Below, piece by piece: positions 29,708 to 38,871 of a stretch of DNA of 64,000 nt. The notes under the pieces are model-generated. The model had not been told where the DNA came from, made no database searches, and was given only the letters and a program-made list of their open reading frames with translations. Each line of letters opens with the position of its first letter. Position 1 is the stretch's first letter. This DNA is from Myxococcota bacterium (GTDB lineage: Bacteria > Myxococcota_A > UBA796 > UBA2385), in the NCBI GenBank assembly GCA_044344255.1, contig JBIJDH010000004.1, positions 1 through 64,000 on the forward strand, in the 5' to 3' direction. Position numbers and translations under genes: made by a program.

Positions 29708-31138
29708 CTAGGAGAGGACCCACCGCGTGAGCGTGGGCACCATCGCGCCGCTGCCGCCCGCGACGAAGTGGCGGAAGCCCTTGTCAAAGAAGGCAGGGCC
29801 GGCGATGTCGAGGTGCACCCAGGCCGGACCGTCCACGAACTCGGCGAGGAACAGGGCCGCGGTGATGGCGCCGCCCTCGCGGCCCCCGACGTTCTTGATC
29901 GAGCCCCACTCGGCCTTGATCTTGTCCTTGTAGTGGTCGGGCATCGGCAGGCGCCAGACGTGCTCGCCGGCGTCGTCGGCCTGCTCGAGCACCGCCGAAG
30001 CGAGGGCGTCATTGTTCGCGAAGAGTCCGGAGTAGGTGTCGCCGAGCGCGACCACACAGGCGCCGGTGAGGGTGGCGAGGTCGATGACAGCCTCGACCCC
30101 GAGGCGGCTCGCGTAGGTGAGGCAGTCCGCGAGCACGAGGCGGCCTTCGGCGTCGGTGTTGTGAATCTCGACGGTCTTTCCATTGTACATGGTCAGGATG
30201 TCGCCGAGCTTGTAACAGTCTCCGCTCTGCATGTTCTCGACGGCCCCGATGATGCCGTGCACCTCGACGTCGGGGTGGAGCTGCGACACGGCGGTCATCA
30301 CGCCGAGGACGGCGGCGCTGCCCGCCATGTCACAGCGCATCGTCTGCATTCCGTCCGAGGGCTTGAGCGACAGTCCACCGGAGTCGAAGGTCACGCCCTT
30401 GCCGACGAGGGCGATGCGGCGCCGAGGGGTGCCGACGGGGCTGTACCGGAGGTGGATGAAGCGGGCGGGGCGGGCGCTGCCCTGGCCGACCGCCGTAATG
30501 CCGCCCATGCCCTCGGCGCGGATGCGGTGCTCGTCCCAGACCTCCACGGTGATCCGGTCGTTGGCGAGGCGCAGGGCCTCTTGCGCGAGGGTCTCGGGGT
30601 AGAGGTTCGCGGGCTGCTCGTTGACGATGTCGCGCGCGAGGGTCTGACCGGCGAGGATGGCCCCGGAGCGACCCTGGAGGGAGAGGTCTGCGCTGCCTAC
30701 GAAGGCGAGGCTGTGGGCGGCCTCCTTCCGGTCAGCGGCGGGCTTGTACTTCTCGAATCGGTAGTTGCCCGTCCAGAATCCCTCGATCGCGGCGGCGGTC
30801 TCTGACGCGGTGAGGGTGTTGAAGGCGAGGGCGACCGTGGCAGCGCCGCGGCTCCTGCCGAGGTGGCCCACCTTGCCGGCCGCGCGGCGGAGCTCGTCGG
30901 CGCTGCGCTTCCCGAGCCCGACCAGCACCACCCGGCGCGCGGTGTACGGCGTGGGCGCCGGGTAGATCACCGCGGCGCCGGCCTTCCCCGTGAACTCGTC
31001 CTGGGCGGCCCAGCTCGCGAGCTGACCGAGGGCCCCACCCGCGGTCTGCAGGCCCGCGAGGGCGCCTTCGGTGACCCCGATGGCGAGCAGGTCGACATCG
31101 ACGTCTTCGGCGGACAGGGGGGTGGCGCTGTTTTCCAT
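29708..31138 (-). CDS. pepA: Leucyl aminopeptidase (M17)
   Basis: VGKGVTFDSGG..LKP, MRCDMAG, NTDAEGRL, ATLTGAC, HLDIAG. Confidence 0.96.
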   Translation of the reverse strand: MENSATPLSAEDVDVDLLAIGVTEGALAGLQTAGGALGQLASWAAQDEFTGKAGAAVIYPAPTPYTARRVVLVGLGKRSADELRRAAGKVGHLGRSRGAATVALAFNTLTASETAAAIEGFWTGNYRFEKYKPAADRKEAAHSLAFVGSADLSLQGRSGAILAGQTLARDIVNEQPANLYPETLAQEALRLANDRITVEVWDEHRIRAEGMGGITAVGQGSARPARFIHLRYSPVGTPRRRIALVGKGVTFDSGGLSLKPSDGMQTMRCDMAGSAAVLGVMTAVSQLHPDVEVHGIIGAVENMQSGDCYKLGDILTMYNGKTVEIHNTDAEGRLVLADCLTYASRLGVEAVIDLATLTGACVVALGDTYSGLFANNDALASAVLEQADDAGEHVWRLPMPDHYKDKIKAEWGSIKNVGGREGGAITAALFLAEFVDGPAWVHLDIAGPAFFDKGFRHFVAGGSGAMVPTLTRWVLS

Positions 31139-31257
31139 GGGGACCTCGTTGCGTTCAGGCGGGCGGTGCAGGCGCGCGGGGCGAGCGATGGGCCACGCGC
31201 CACCCTGCGGGGGAGCATCAGGGTTGGATGGAGCGAGGCGTCAGCTTCGGAGACCGG

Positions 31258-33516
31258 TCAAGTGAGGAACCCGAGGATGAGCGCCAGTATGATACACAGA
31301 ACGATGGCGATCACAAGGAAGAGGATGAACGCATCTCCCCTGATCGCGCTGATCGCGCGAGAGATCGCCGCTGCGACCGGCCCCGCGGAGGCTGCGTCGT
31401 TCTCGTCGACCTCCTCCTCGACCGGCGTGGTGAGGACGGGTGCGGTGGTGCGTGGCCGATCGAGCCGGGCCGGCGGGAGGTCGTCGCGGCCCGCCGAAGG
31501 CAACGGCAGCTCGCTCCATCGACCGGCGCCCTTAAAGTCGGGCTCCTCTGGGGGCGGCGGTTCGGGGCGGCGAGCGGGGGCCGTCGGGGCGGCGGGCGGA
31601 CGATTTGGGGCGGCGGCGGTTGCTGCCCCTGTTGCTGTTGCTGTCGCTGTCGCTGTCGCTGTCGCGCGAGGCGGGCTCGGTCGCGGAGCGCTGGGGGGTG
31701 CCGGCGGTGGCGTCGAGACCCCCTTCTGGGGGCCTGGGTTCGTCAACGGACCCGTCTTCGGCGGGACGGGCGCGACGGTGAGGACGGGCGCCTTGTGGGC
31801 GGCCGGTCCCGCCGATCCATTGGCGGAGCGGTTCGCTGGGTTCGACGCTGGGTTGGAGGGGGGAAGGCGGGTCGGCGTCGCGCCGCGGGCGGGCTCGCCT
31901 CGACCTTGGGCTCGACTCACCACCGCGTCGGGATCGGTCGGTGCGATCGGCGTCGGGTTCGGCATCGCGCTGAGCTGCTGCGTTGGCGACTCGTCCTCTA
32001 GCGTGGGATGGAGGGTCACCACCTGCCCCATCGTCACGGAGCGGGCCGGATCCGGGCGGAGCTCGACCTTCAGCTCGGGGCGGGGTGGCGCTTCGTGCTT
32101 GACCTTGCGGAGCGCGTCGGTCGGCGGGGCGTCGTCCTCCGAGCGATCGATGGGGATCGCGGTGGACCGCGGCTCGGGCTTGGGCGGGACGTAGCCGGCG
32201 GCAGGCCGGATGCGGAAGGTGCCCTCGGCGGTGGCGGGCTCGTCCCCGGATTCGCGGATGGTGAACGCCACCCGCACCCGGTAGCTGCCCGGGCCGAGGT
32301 CGGTGATCTTGAAGCCGAAGCGGAAGCGGCCGCTGGGGTGGCGGTCTACCGAGTATGCGCAGTTCACGTTGCGCAGCCGCTCGTCCTTCTCGGCGTCAAA
32401 GAAGGCGAGACCGCAGGCGATCTCCTCGTGCGTCTCGACCCCGGGGGAGCAGGCCACGGCCGTCGAGAAGGTGGGCTGGTCGTCGGTCGTGAAGCCCTCG
32501 CTGCCCGGCTTCTGATCGATGATGAGCCGACCGACGTGGGTGACCGTCGGGTGCACCAGCGCTTGGATCTCTTCAATTCGGCCGAGCAGCTCATCGAGGC
32601 GGCGGAACCGGTAGGGCGGCGAGGGGCTGGTCTCGCGGCTGAGGGCGCGGTTCAGGAGTGCGCTCAGGCGATCGCCGAGGCGGGTATGGAAGCGGGGGTT
32701 GCTGTTCTCCCGCTTCAGCCGGTTGATCACCCGGTCTTTCAAGGTGACGAGGCGACTCTTGTCGAGCCCCTCGTCGGGGAGGTCGGGGAAGCGCTCCGCC
32801 GGCTGACCGGGGTTGCTCATCGCGCCCCGGTAGAGGGCCATCGCGATGGCGTAGGCGTCTGTGGGCGGGCCGAGCGGCGGGCTCGAGGGCGCGGTGCGGA
32901 CCTCGGGGGCGAGGTAAGGCTGGTGGCCGCCTGCCGCCGCCAGCAGGGCCGGCAGGGCCGCGCGGAAGGCCGGAGTGACCGGATCACTCAGGAAGACCGT
33001 ACCTTGGCTGTCGAGGAGGACGTTGGTGGGGCGCAGGTTCCCGTGGAAGGGGGCTTGCTCCTCCAAGGCGCGGAGCGCGCGCACCACGCCAGCGGTGATC
33101 GTGAGCAGCTCTTCGACGGTGCAGCCGCCTGCGACACGTCGATCGAGGGAGGCGGCGGCCTTGGGGAACAGCAGCGCAGGCGAGCCGTCCGGGAGGGACA
33201 GGCGGGAGTCGAGGGCGATGAGCCCTTGTCCTGCCGCGCCTTCGAGCAGCCGAGCCTGTTCGAGGAGGATCTCTCGACACTGGGAGACGAGGTCATCCTG
33301 GCCGGGCAGCTCGGAGGGGCCGTGCGCGATCTTGATGACCCAGTCTGCTCCCCCGTTCTCCTCCCGCGCGCTGAATGACCGCCCCCAAAGGCCGCGCCCA
33401 AGCAACGGTCCTACTTGGAACGAACGGCCGCGGCCGTCCCGGACGATGTCGCCGGTCTTCATCGGCAGCTTTCCACGGATGCGGGGAGGGGAGGATGACG
33501 AGGAGGGGTGGCTCAT
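31258..33516 (-). CDS. Protein kinase-fold protein (probable pseudokinase) with a beta-sandwich domain, Pro/Ala linker and C-terminal TM
   Basis: LGRGLWG, VIK, HGNLRPTN, SDP, YLAPE; start 33516 or 33462 (upstream promoter excludes the 34182 start). Confidence 0.82.
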   Translation of the reverse strand: MSHPSSSSSPPRIRGKLPMKTGDIVRDGRGRSFQVGPLLGRGLWGRSFSAREENGGADWVIKIAHGPSELPGQDDLVSQCREILLEQARLLEGAAGQGLIALDSRLSLPDGSPALLFPKAAASLDRRVAGGCTVEELLTITAGVVRALRALEEQAPFHGNLRPTNVLLDSQGTVFLSDPVTPAFRAALPALLAAAGGHQPYLAPEVRTAPSSPPLGPPTDAYAIAMALYRGAMSNPGQPAERFPDLPDEGLDKSRLVTLKDRVINRLKRENSNPRFHTRLGDRLSALLNRALSRETSPSPPYRFRRLDELLGRIEEIQALVHPTVTHVGRLIIDQKPGSEGFTTDDQPTFSTAVACSPGVETHEEIACGLAFFDAEKDERLRNVNCAYSVDRHPSGRFRFGFKITDLGPGSYRVRVAFTIRESGDEPATAEGTFRIRPAAGYVPPKPEPRSTAIPIDRSEDDAPPTDALRKVKHEAPPRPELKVELRPDPARSVTMGQVVTLHPTLEDESPTQQLSAMPNPTPIAPTDPDAVVSRAQGRGEPARGATPTRLPPSNPASNPANRSANGSAGPAAHKAPVLTVAPVPPKTGPLTNPGPQKGVSTPPPAPPSAPRPSPPRATATATATATATGAATAAAPNRPPAAPTAPARRPEPPPPEEPDFKGAGRWSELPLPSAGRDDLPPARLDRPRTTAPVLTTPVEEEVDENDAASAGPVAAAISRAISAIRGDAFILFLVIAIVLCIILALILGFLT
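31629..31664. repeat. CTGTYG hexamer x6 encoding ATATAT in the pseudokinase linker
   Basis: Read directly from the sequence. Confidence 0.8.
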
Positions 33517-33610
33517 GCCCGCTCGGGGGGGAGGGCTCCGAGGAGCCGGACCCGCCCGGGGTGGAGGTCTGGGGGTGACCTCCTGCGGGAGTGTAGCCGT
33601 GGGGTGGGCG

Positions 33611-33639
33611 AGGGTATCGGGGCCTTCTGCCCGTGTCAA
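33611..33639 (-). promoter_or_regulatory. Sigma70-type promoter of the pseudokinase gene
   Basis: Minus strand TTGACA-N17-TACCCT. Confidence 0.65.
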
Positions 33640-33738
33640 CGGAGCGCGGCGCGGGGTGCGCCGCTTCCTGCCCTGGCTTAGGCTCCGGTGGGCCGCCCAC
33701 CCCCTTCGGAGGACGCCCCATGCTGGAGGTCGCCCAGG

Positions 33739-35400
33739 ATGTCTGACGTCGTCCAGGTCGACAGTCCGCTCGACCGAAGCGGGAACGGCCCGTATCGCCT
33801 GCTCCGCGGGGTGGCCGACCGGCTGGTGCGGCGCTTCGACGCCGCGCTCTCCGATCCACGCGCCGCACAGCACGCCCGCCTCTCCGCCATCCTGGCCGGC
33901 AGCCGTGACACCGCCTTCGGACGGGAGCACGGCCTTGCGGGGGTTCGCACTCTCTCCGAGCTCCGCCGCGCGACGCCGATCCGCGGCTATGAGGCCCTTC
34001 GGCCCTGGTTCGACCGTGTAGCGGCAGGTGAGCAGGGGGTGCTCACCGAGGAGCGGGTGGAGATGCTGCTCGAGACGAGCGGCACCACGGGCCGCCCGAA
34101 GCACCTGCCGGTCACCGCGAGCTGGGCGCGCTCGGTCGCGGACGCACAGTCCTTGTGGATGCTCGGCCTTCTGCGAGAGCACGAGGCGGCCAGCCGCGGG
34201 CGTGCGCTCACCATCGTCTCACCGGCGGAGCACGCTCGGAGCCCGGGGGGGCTGCCCATCGGCGCCAACACGGGTCGGATGGTGCTCGCCCAGCCGTGGT
34301 GGGTCCGCGCCCGCTACGCGGTCCCGTATGAGGTCTTCGGCCTCGAGCCTGCTGAACTTCGTCAGTACGCGGTGCTCCGCTTCGCCCTCGGCGCTGAGGT
34401 CACGAGCTGGACCACCGCCAACCCCTCGACCATCCTCCTCTATGCGCGTCGGTTCGCCGAGTGGCGGGAGCCTCTGTCTCGAGATCTCGCCGCTGGCACG
34501 CTCCGACACGGGCCCGCCGCGGGGCTGGACCGCCTGCGGCGCCTCCGCTTGGAGCTCCACCTGCGGCGACGACCGCCTCCGACCGATTGGCGGCTCGGCC
34601 GAGTCTGGCCGCTCGCTTCGGTGAACTGTTGGAAGGGAGGGCCGGCCGGCTACTTCGTCGATCGGATCTCCGAGGCCCTGGGCGCGGACGTACCGGTCCG
34701 CGAAGTCGGGATCACCGCCAGCGAGGGCTTCTTCGCCATCCCGCTCCAGGAAGACTGGCCGGGCGGTGTGCTCTGGACGCTGGGGCACGTGCTGGAGTTC
34801 GTCGGCGCCGACGAGGAGCCGCGCGGCGCGTGGGAGCTCGAGCTCGGCGAGCGCTATCGCCTCGTCATCACGACGGAGGCCGGCCTGTTTCGGTACGACC
34901 TGCAGGACTTGGTGGAGGTCGTGGGCTTTTGTCGACAGACGCCCCTCGTCCGCTTTGTCGGAAAGGCGGGGCGGTACCTCAACACCACCGGGGAGCGGGT
35001 GTCGGAGGCCCAGGTGTCGGAGGCCATGCGGTCCGCCGCTGAAGAGACAGGGTTGCGCCCCATCGGCTTCTCGGTCCGGGTGCTTTGGGCCGAGGTCCCC
35101 GCCTATGAGCTGCTGGTCGAGCTCCCGGGGGTGACGCCCGCGGGGGCTGAGGTGGCCCTCGCGGCCGCTTTCGAGCGCGCCCTCCGTCGGCTGAACGTCG
35201 AATTTGATGGGAGGAGGGACAGCGCCCGCCTCGCGGGTGTGCGGGTCTCGCCCCTCCCGGCCCGGACCTATCAGCGCTTTCGGGCCGATCGGGTCGCCGA
35301 GGGCGCCCCGGAGGGCCAGGTGAAGGACCCCTTGCTCTTGGTCGACGACCGGGAGTGGGGGAGGCTCGCCGCCGCGAACCGTGATGGGAGGCCTACCTGA
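33739..35400 (+). CDS. GH3 family acyl-adenylating (acyl acid-amido synthetase-like) protein
   Basis: TAFGREH, TSGTTGRPKHLPVT, ASEG, YRLVITT.AGLFRY..QD, GERVSE, GQVKDP. Confidence 0.92.
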   Translation: MSDVVQVDSPLDRSGNGPYRLLRGVADRLVRRFDAALSDPRAAQHARLSAILAGSRDTAFGREHGLAGVRTLSELRRATPIRGYEALRPWFDRVAAGEQGVLTEERVEMLLETSGTTGRPKHLPVTASWARSVADAQSLWMLGLLREHEAASRGRALTIVSPAEHARSPGGLPIGANTGRMVLAQPWWVRARYAVPYEVFGLEPAELRQYAVLRFALGAEVTSWTTANPSTILLYARRFAEWREPLSRDLAAGTLRHGPAAGLDRLRRLRLELHLRRRPPPTDWRLGRVWPLASVNCWKGGPAGYFVDRISEALGADVPVREVGITASEGFFAIPLQEDWPGGVLWTLGHVLEFVGADEEPRGAWELELGERYRLVITTEAGLFRYDLQDLVEVVGFCRQTPLVRFVGKAGRYLNTTGERVSEAQVSEAMRSAAEETGLRPIGFSVRVLWAEVPAYELLVELPGVTPAGAEVALAAAFERALRRLNVEFDGRRDSARLAGVRVSPLPARTYQRFRADRVAEGAPEGQVKDPLLLVDDREWGRLAAANRDGRPT

Positions 35401-36587
35401 TGCTGTTGCTCCAAGTCCTGCTCGGCCTGGTCATCCTGCTCTGGGGAGGCGTGGCGCTCAAGGCTCGACGGGTCAAGCAGACCAACCGCTTTCGAGTGGG
35501 CGTCGAAGACCTCCCGCCGGAGTCGGCCGTCCGCGTCACCGTGGTCGTGCCCGCGCGCAACGAGGTCCACAACATCGGCCCTTGCGTGGAGTCGATCATC
35601 CGACAGGATCTCCCCGGCCTCCGCGCTGTGGTCCTCGATGATGGGAGCACCGACGGCACGGGCGCGCTGCTCCAGGGGCTCCTGGCCGGGAGCGAGGGGC
35701 GGCTGCGCCTCCTGAGCGGCGGCGACGCCCCCCTCCCGGCTGGGTGGAAGGGAAAGCCGTGGGCCTGTCAGCGGGCCTCGGAGGCGTCGATGGCGGACGC
35801 AGACCCGCCCGAGTGGCTCTTGTTCACCGACGCGGACGTCCGGCTGCACCCCCACGCGGCGGGCGCGGCCGTGGGCTACGCCACCCGCAACCACCTGCAG
35901 ATGATGTCGGGGATCGGGCGCCTCGAGATGGTGAGCTTCTGGGAGAAGGTGCTGCAGCCGATCGTCGCGGGGGCGATCGTCGCGGGCACCGATATTGAGA
36001 AGGTAAACGATCCGGCCCGCCGAAAGGGCAATCCCCTCGCGAACGGTCAGTTCATCTTGATTCGACGGGAGGCTTACCTTGCCATCGGCGGACACGGCGC
36101 CGTCCGCGACAATGTCCTCGACGACGTGGGAATGGCCACGGCGGTGTGCAAGGCGGGGATGGCCTACCAGATCGTCTACATGCGCAACCTGTTCAGCTGC
36201 CGGATGTACCACTCTTTCGATGAGCTCTGGAAGGGCTGGACGAAGAACCTCTTTGCGGGCATCGAATATCGGTGGGACCGCGTGGTGGGCGTCTCCATCT
36301 TTACGTTCCTCACCTCGGTCCTCCCCTACATTGTTGCGCTGGTGGGGCTCGTTGTCGGGCTGGACACCGTCACGCTCGGGCTGGCTTGGGGGGCGGTGCT
36401 CGCGATCCAGGTGATGCGCTACGTGCTCGACGGCATCTTCGAGCACGACCGGCGCTACGGGCTCAGCCACTTCCTGGGTAACGTCTTGTTCATCGCCTTG
36501 TTCTTCAACTCCGGCATCCGGACTGTGCAAGGTACGGCGGTGTGGAAGGGGCGGGCCCTCCAAATGCCCGGCGAGCCGAAGGCGTGA
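35400..36587 (+). CDS. GT2 glycosyltransferase (CrtQ/CruC/HpnB-like lipid glycosyltransferase)
   Basis: VPARNE, DDGSTDGT, GWKGKPWAC, FTDAD, ANGQF...R.AY..IGGH, RMY..F..LWKGWTKN; N- and C-terminal TMs. Confidence 0.9.
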   Translation: MLLLQVLLGLVILLWGGVALKARRVKQTNRFRVGVEDLPPESAVRVTVVVPARNEVHNIGPCVESIIRQDLPGLRAVVLDDGSTDGTGALLQGLLAGSEGRLRLLSGGDAPLPAGWKGKPWACQRASEASMADADPPEWLLFTDADVRLHPHAAGAAVGYATRNHLQMMSGIGRLEMVSFWEKVLQPIVAGAIVAGTDIEKVNDPARRKGNPLANGQFILIRREAYLAIGGHGAVRDNVLDDVGMATAVCKAGMAYQIVYMRNLFSCRMYHSFDELWKGWTKNLFAGIEYRWDRVVGVSIFTFLTSVLPYIVALVGLVVGLDTVTLGLAWGAVLAIQVMRYVLDGIFEHDRRYGLSHFLGNVLFIALFFNSGIRTVQGTAVWKGRALQMPGEPKA

Positions 36588-37684
36588 TGACGGTGGACGG
36601 TGTGGTCGGGCGGGTGGCCCAGCTTTTGTCGGAGCCGATCGGAGCGCTCGAGCCGGGCGCTGTGACCCTCCTCCTTCGGTTCTCTTGCTCCGAGGCTGGG
36701 GATCGTCAGACGCGGGCCGCGGCGGTAGACCGGGCCGGGCGTGCGCTCACCCTCCAGTTCGCTGGCGGGGGGCGGCGCCGTGCCTTGGCGGAGCGCGTAG
36801 CGGGCGCGCTCCGCCGCCTCGGGGGCCACCACAAGGGGGGAGCAGGCTGGGATCTGGAGGCGAAGATCGAGGCGGCGCGCTGGCTCCGGGCGGCGGCAGA
36901 GCAGCAGAGCGCCGGGGGCCTCCGCGCCGAGGAGCGGAGCTCGTGGAGGGCTCAGGCGGAGGCGCTCCTCCATCAAAGCGCCGAGGAGCCGCTGTTGGTG
37001 GCCATCCTCAGCCAGGGCATGGTCCGCCTCGGGGCTGCGCCTCCCCCCGCCTTGGCGGCCTGGATGCGCACGCTCGCCGCCCACCCTCCAGGCTCCGGCT
37101 GGGGCCGAGGTATGGATCCGGCCTCGGCGGCGGAGTCGCAGGGGGAGCTCGTTCAGGCTGCGCTCGACGCCCACCGTCAAACGGCTGAGGCGCGCTGGCT
37201 CGAGGCCGCCCTCGAGGGCTCTCGAGCGCTCCGTCGGGGGGCGCTCGCGCTCGAGAGCCCCTCGCACCCCGCCGCGCTCACCGCCCTCCTCCGTGTGGAT
37301 CTCCTGCACCCGGTGGGGCGATCAGCCGCCGAGGCCGCCGCGCTCCGCAACCGGGCCTCCACTCTGGATCCTGCGCGGACGGCGGGAGCTGAGGATGTCG
37401 GCGCCGCCCTCTGGGCTTCCTCGCCGGGGCCCGTGGTGGCGATCACCGGCTTTTCACCTGTGGGCTCCGACGGAGCGCTCCACGCTGTCGCCGCGCGCTG
37501 GACGGGCCTGCACCGGACCGTGGTCTGCCTCGCCCCCGGTGAGTCGGCGCTCGGCGCGCGGCTCGGGGTCTTTGAGGGCCGGGCCTCCGATCGGCCCGTG
37601 GCGTGGGTCTGCCGGGGGGGCGCTTGCGAGCTGCCCACCGTCGATCCCGTTCGCCTGTCCCGGATCCTCGAGCGGTCGAGCTAA
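36584..37684 (+). CDS. Divergent YyaL/SPATA20-like helical protein lacking the N-terminal thioredoxin domain
   Basis: C-terminal AWVCRGGACELPTVDP and ALDAHRQTAEARWLEAA resemble YyaL; GTGA overlap with the GT2 stop. Confidence 0.55.
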   Translation: MMTVDGVVGRVAQLLSEPIGALEPGAVTLLLRFSCSEAGDRQTRAAAVDRAGRALTLQFAGGGRRRALAERVAGALRRLGGHHKGGAGWDLEAKIEAARWLRAAAEQQSAGGLRAEERSSWRAQAEALLHQSAEEPLLVAILSQGMVRLGAAPPPALAAWMRTLAAHPPGSGWGRGMDPASAAESQGELVQAALDAHRQTAEARWLEAALEGSRALRRGALALESPSHPAALTALLRVDLLHPVGRSAAEAAALRNRASTLDPARTAGAEDVGAALWASSPGPVVAITGFSPVGSDGALHAVAARWTGLHRTVVCLAPGESALGARLGVFEGRASDRPVAWVCRGGACELPTVDPVRLSRILERSS

Positions 37685-38343
37685 CGGTTGGGGCGCCGCG
37701 CAGAAGCGACGGCCTCGAGGTCGCGTAGGCGATCTTGCAGCTCGCCGACACGGCGTTGCTCGGCGCCAAGTTGGGCTCGCAGCCGCTCGATCAGCGCCTC
37801 GGCGGTGACCCCGGCCTCTGAGGCCGCCGCCACCTCGGGTGCCGCGGACTCGGTGACGGGGAGCGCCCGTGGCTCCGGAGTATCGACCGGCCGGCTCGTC
37901 AGCGCCATCCTCGGCGTCGCGCCCCCGCGGGGGGCGGAGGCTGGGACGGCGGCCGCCCCGGGGAGGCCGATCACGGCAGCTGGATCCGTGAGCACGTACC
38001 GTCGGTACCCTCGCCCGACCGTCGGGAAGAGCTCATGCCAGTAGGTAGCCTCCAGGGCCTCGAGGTCTTCGTCCACCAGCGTGTCGAAGGTCCAAGCCGC
38101 TCGCGCGCCCTCACCGGGGATGTGAAAGAGCACGGCCGAGCGCAGGGCCTCGAGCTCCAGCTGCGGTTCAAGGCCCTTGGAGGCGGCGGGGGCGTCGACC
38201 GTGACACCGCCGCGCCCCACGCGCAGGAGGGCCCGGCCGTCGCTGGACTCGAAGCGGACCGCGAAGGGGCGGCGCTCGTCGTCCTCGCGGAGCAGCCAGA
38301 CGCGGGGCGCGGTGGGTTCAGCGGGGGGGGCGAGAGGTTGCAT
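37681..38343 (-). CDS. Hypothetical protein with a C-terminal coiled coil
   Basis: Globular N-terminal region, LIERLRAQLGAEQRRVGELQDRLRDLE heptads. Confidence 0.6.
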   Translation of the reverse strand: MQPLAPPAEPTAPRVWLLREDDERRPFAVRFESSDGRALLRVGRGGVTVDAPAASKGLEPQLELEALRSAVLFHIPGEGARAAWTFDTLVDEDLEALEATYWHELFPTVGRGYRRYVLTDPAAVIGLPGAAAVPASAPRGGATPRMALTSRPVDTPEPRALPVTESAAPEVAAASEAGVTAEALIERLRAQLGAEQRRVGELQDRLRDLEAVASARRPNR

Positions 38344-38458
38344 CGAGCTGACCTTCAACACGAGTGGACGCGCTCGGGCCCGGTGGACGCCGAGCGGCGT
38401 CGCTTGCCTGAGGCGCGGGCCCCCCTTAACCCTTGGGGAATCCGCCCAGAGGTGTCCC

Positions 38459-38680
38459 ATGGCCGCGCCCCGCTCCGTCGTCTTTCGCATGGTTGGGGGG
38501 CTGTTGAAGCGCTTCTGGGTAAAGGTGATGGACCGCGTGGGCGGTCAGTTCGTCTCTGGGATGGCGGACACCTCGAGTGACGCGCCCTCCGCTGGCTACA
38601 CGCCGAAGCGAAAGCTCTACGAGCAGATGAAGCAAGCCTCCGAGGAGGCCGCGCACGGCCACGATCACGATCATCGCTGA
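38459..38680 (+). CDS. Small hypothetical protein with a His/Asp-rich tail
   Basis: Amphipathic N-terminal helix, YTPKRKLYEQM, C-terminal HGHDHDHR; start uncertain (38459/38489). Confidence 0.55.
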   Translation: MAAPRSVVFRMVGGLLKRFWVKVMDRVGGQFVSGMADTSSDAPSAGYTPKRKLYEQMKQASEEAAHGHDHDHR

Positions 38681-38871
38681 CCCGCACTCCGGTGCTCCGG
38701 GGTCAATTCGGTCCGCGCCCGGACCTCGGTAGTGCCCGCCCCCCCGCGGTGAGGTTTCGCCTCCTGCAAGTGGGCCGCGGCGAGACAGCGCGGCGGCGAT
38801 TCCTGTAAGATTCGCGGCGCCGCTCTACCCCCAGCGTGCGCCTTGGTCTCCGAGCCTATAGCAGGGCCTCT

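Noticed and set aside
33517..34182. N-terminal extension of the 974-aa ORF
   Set aside because: Overlaps the GH3 gene in antisense and lies across or upstream of a clear TTGACA-N17-TACCCT promoter
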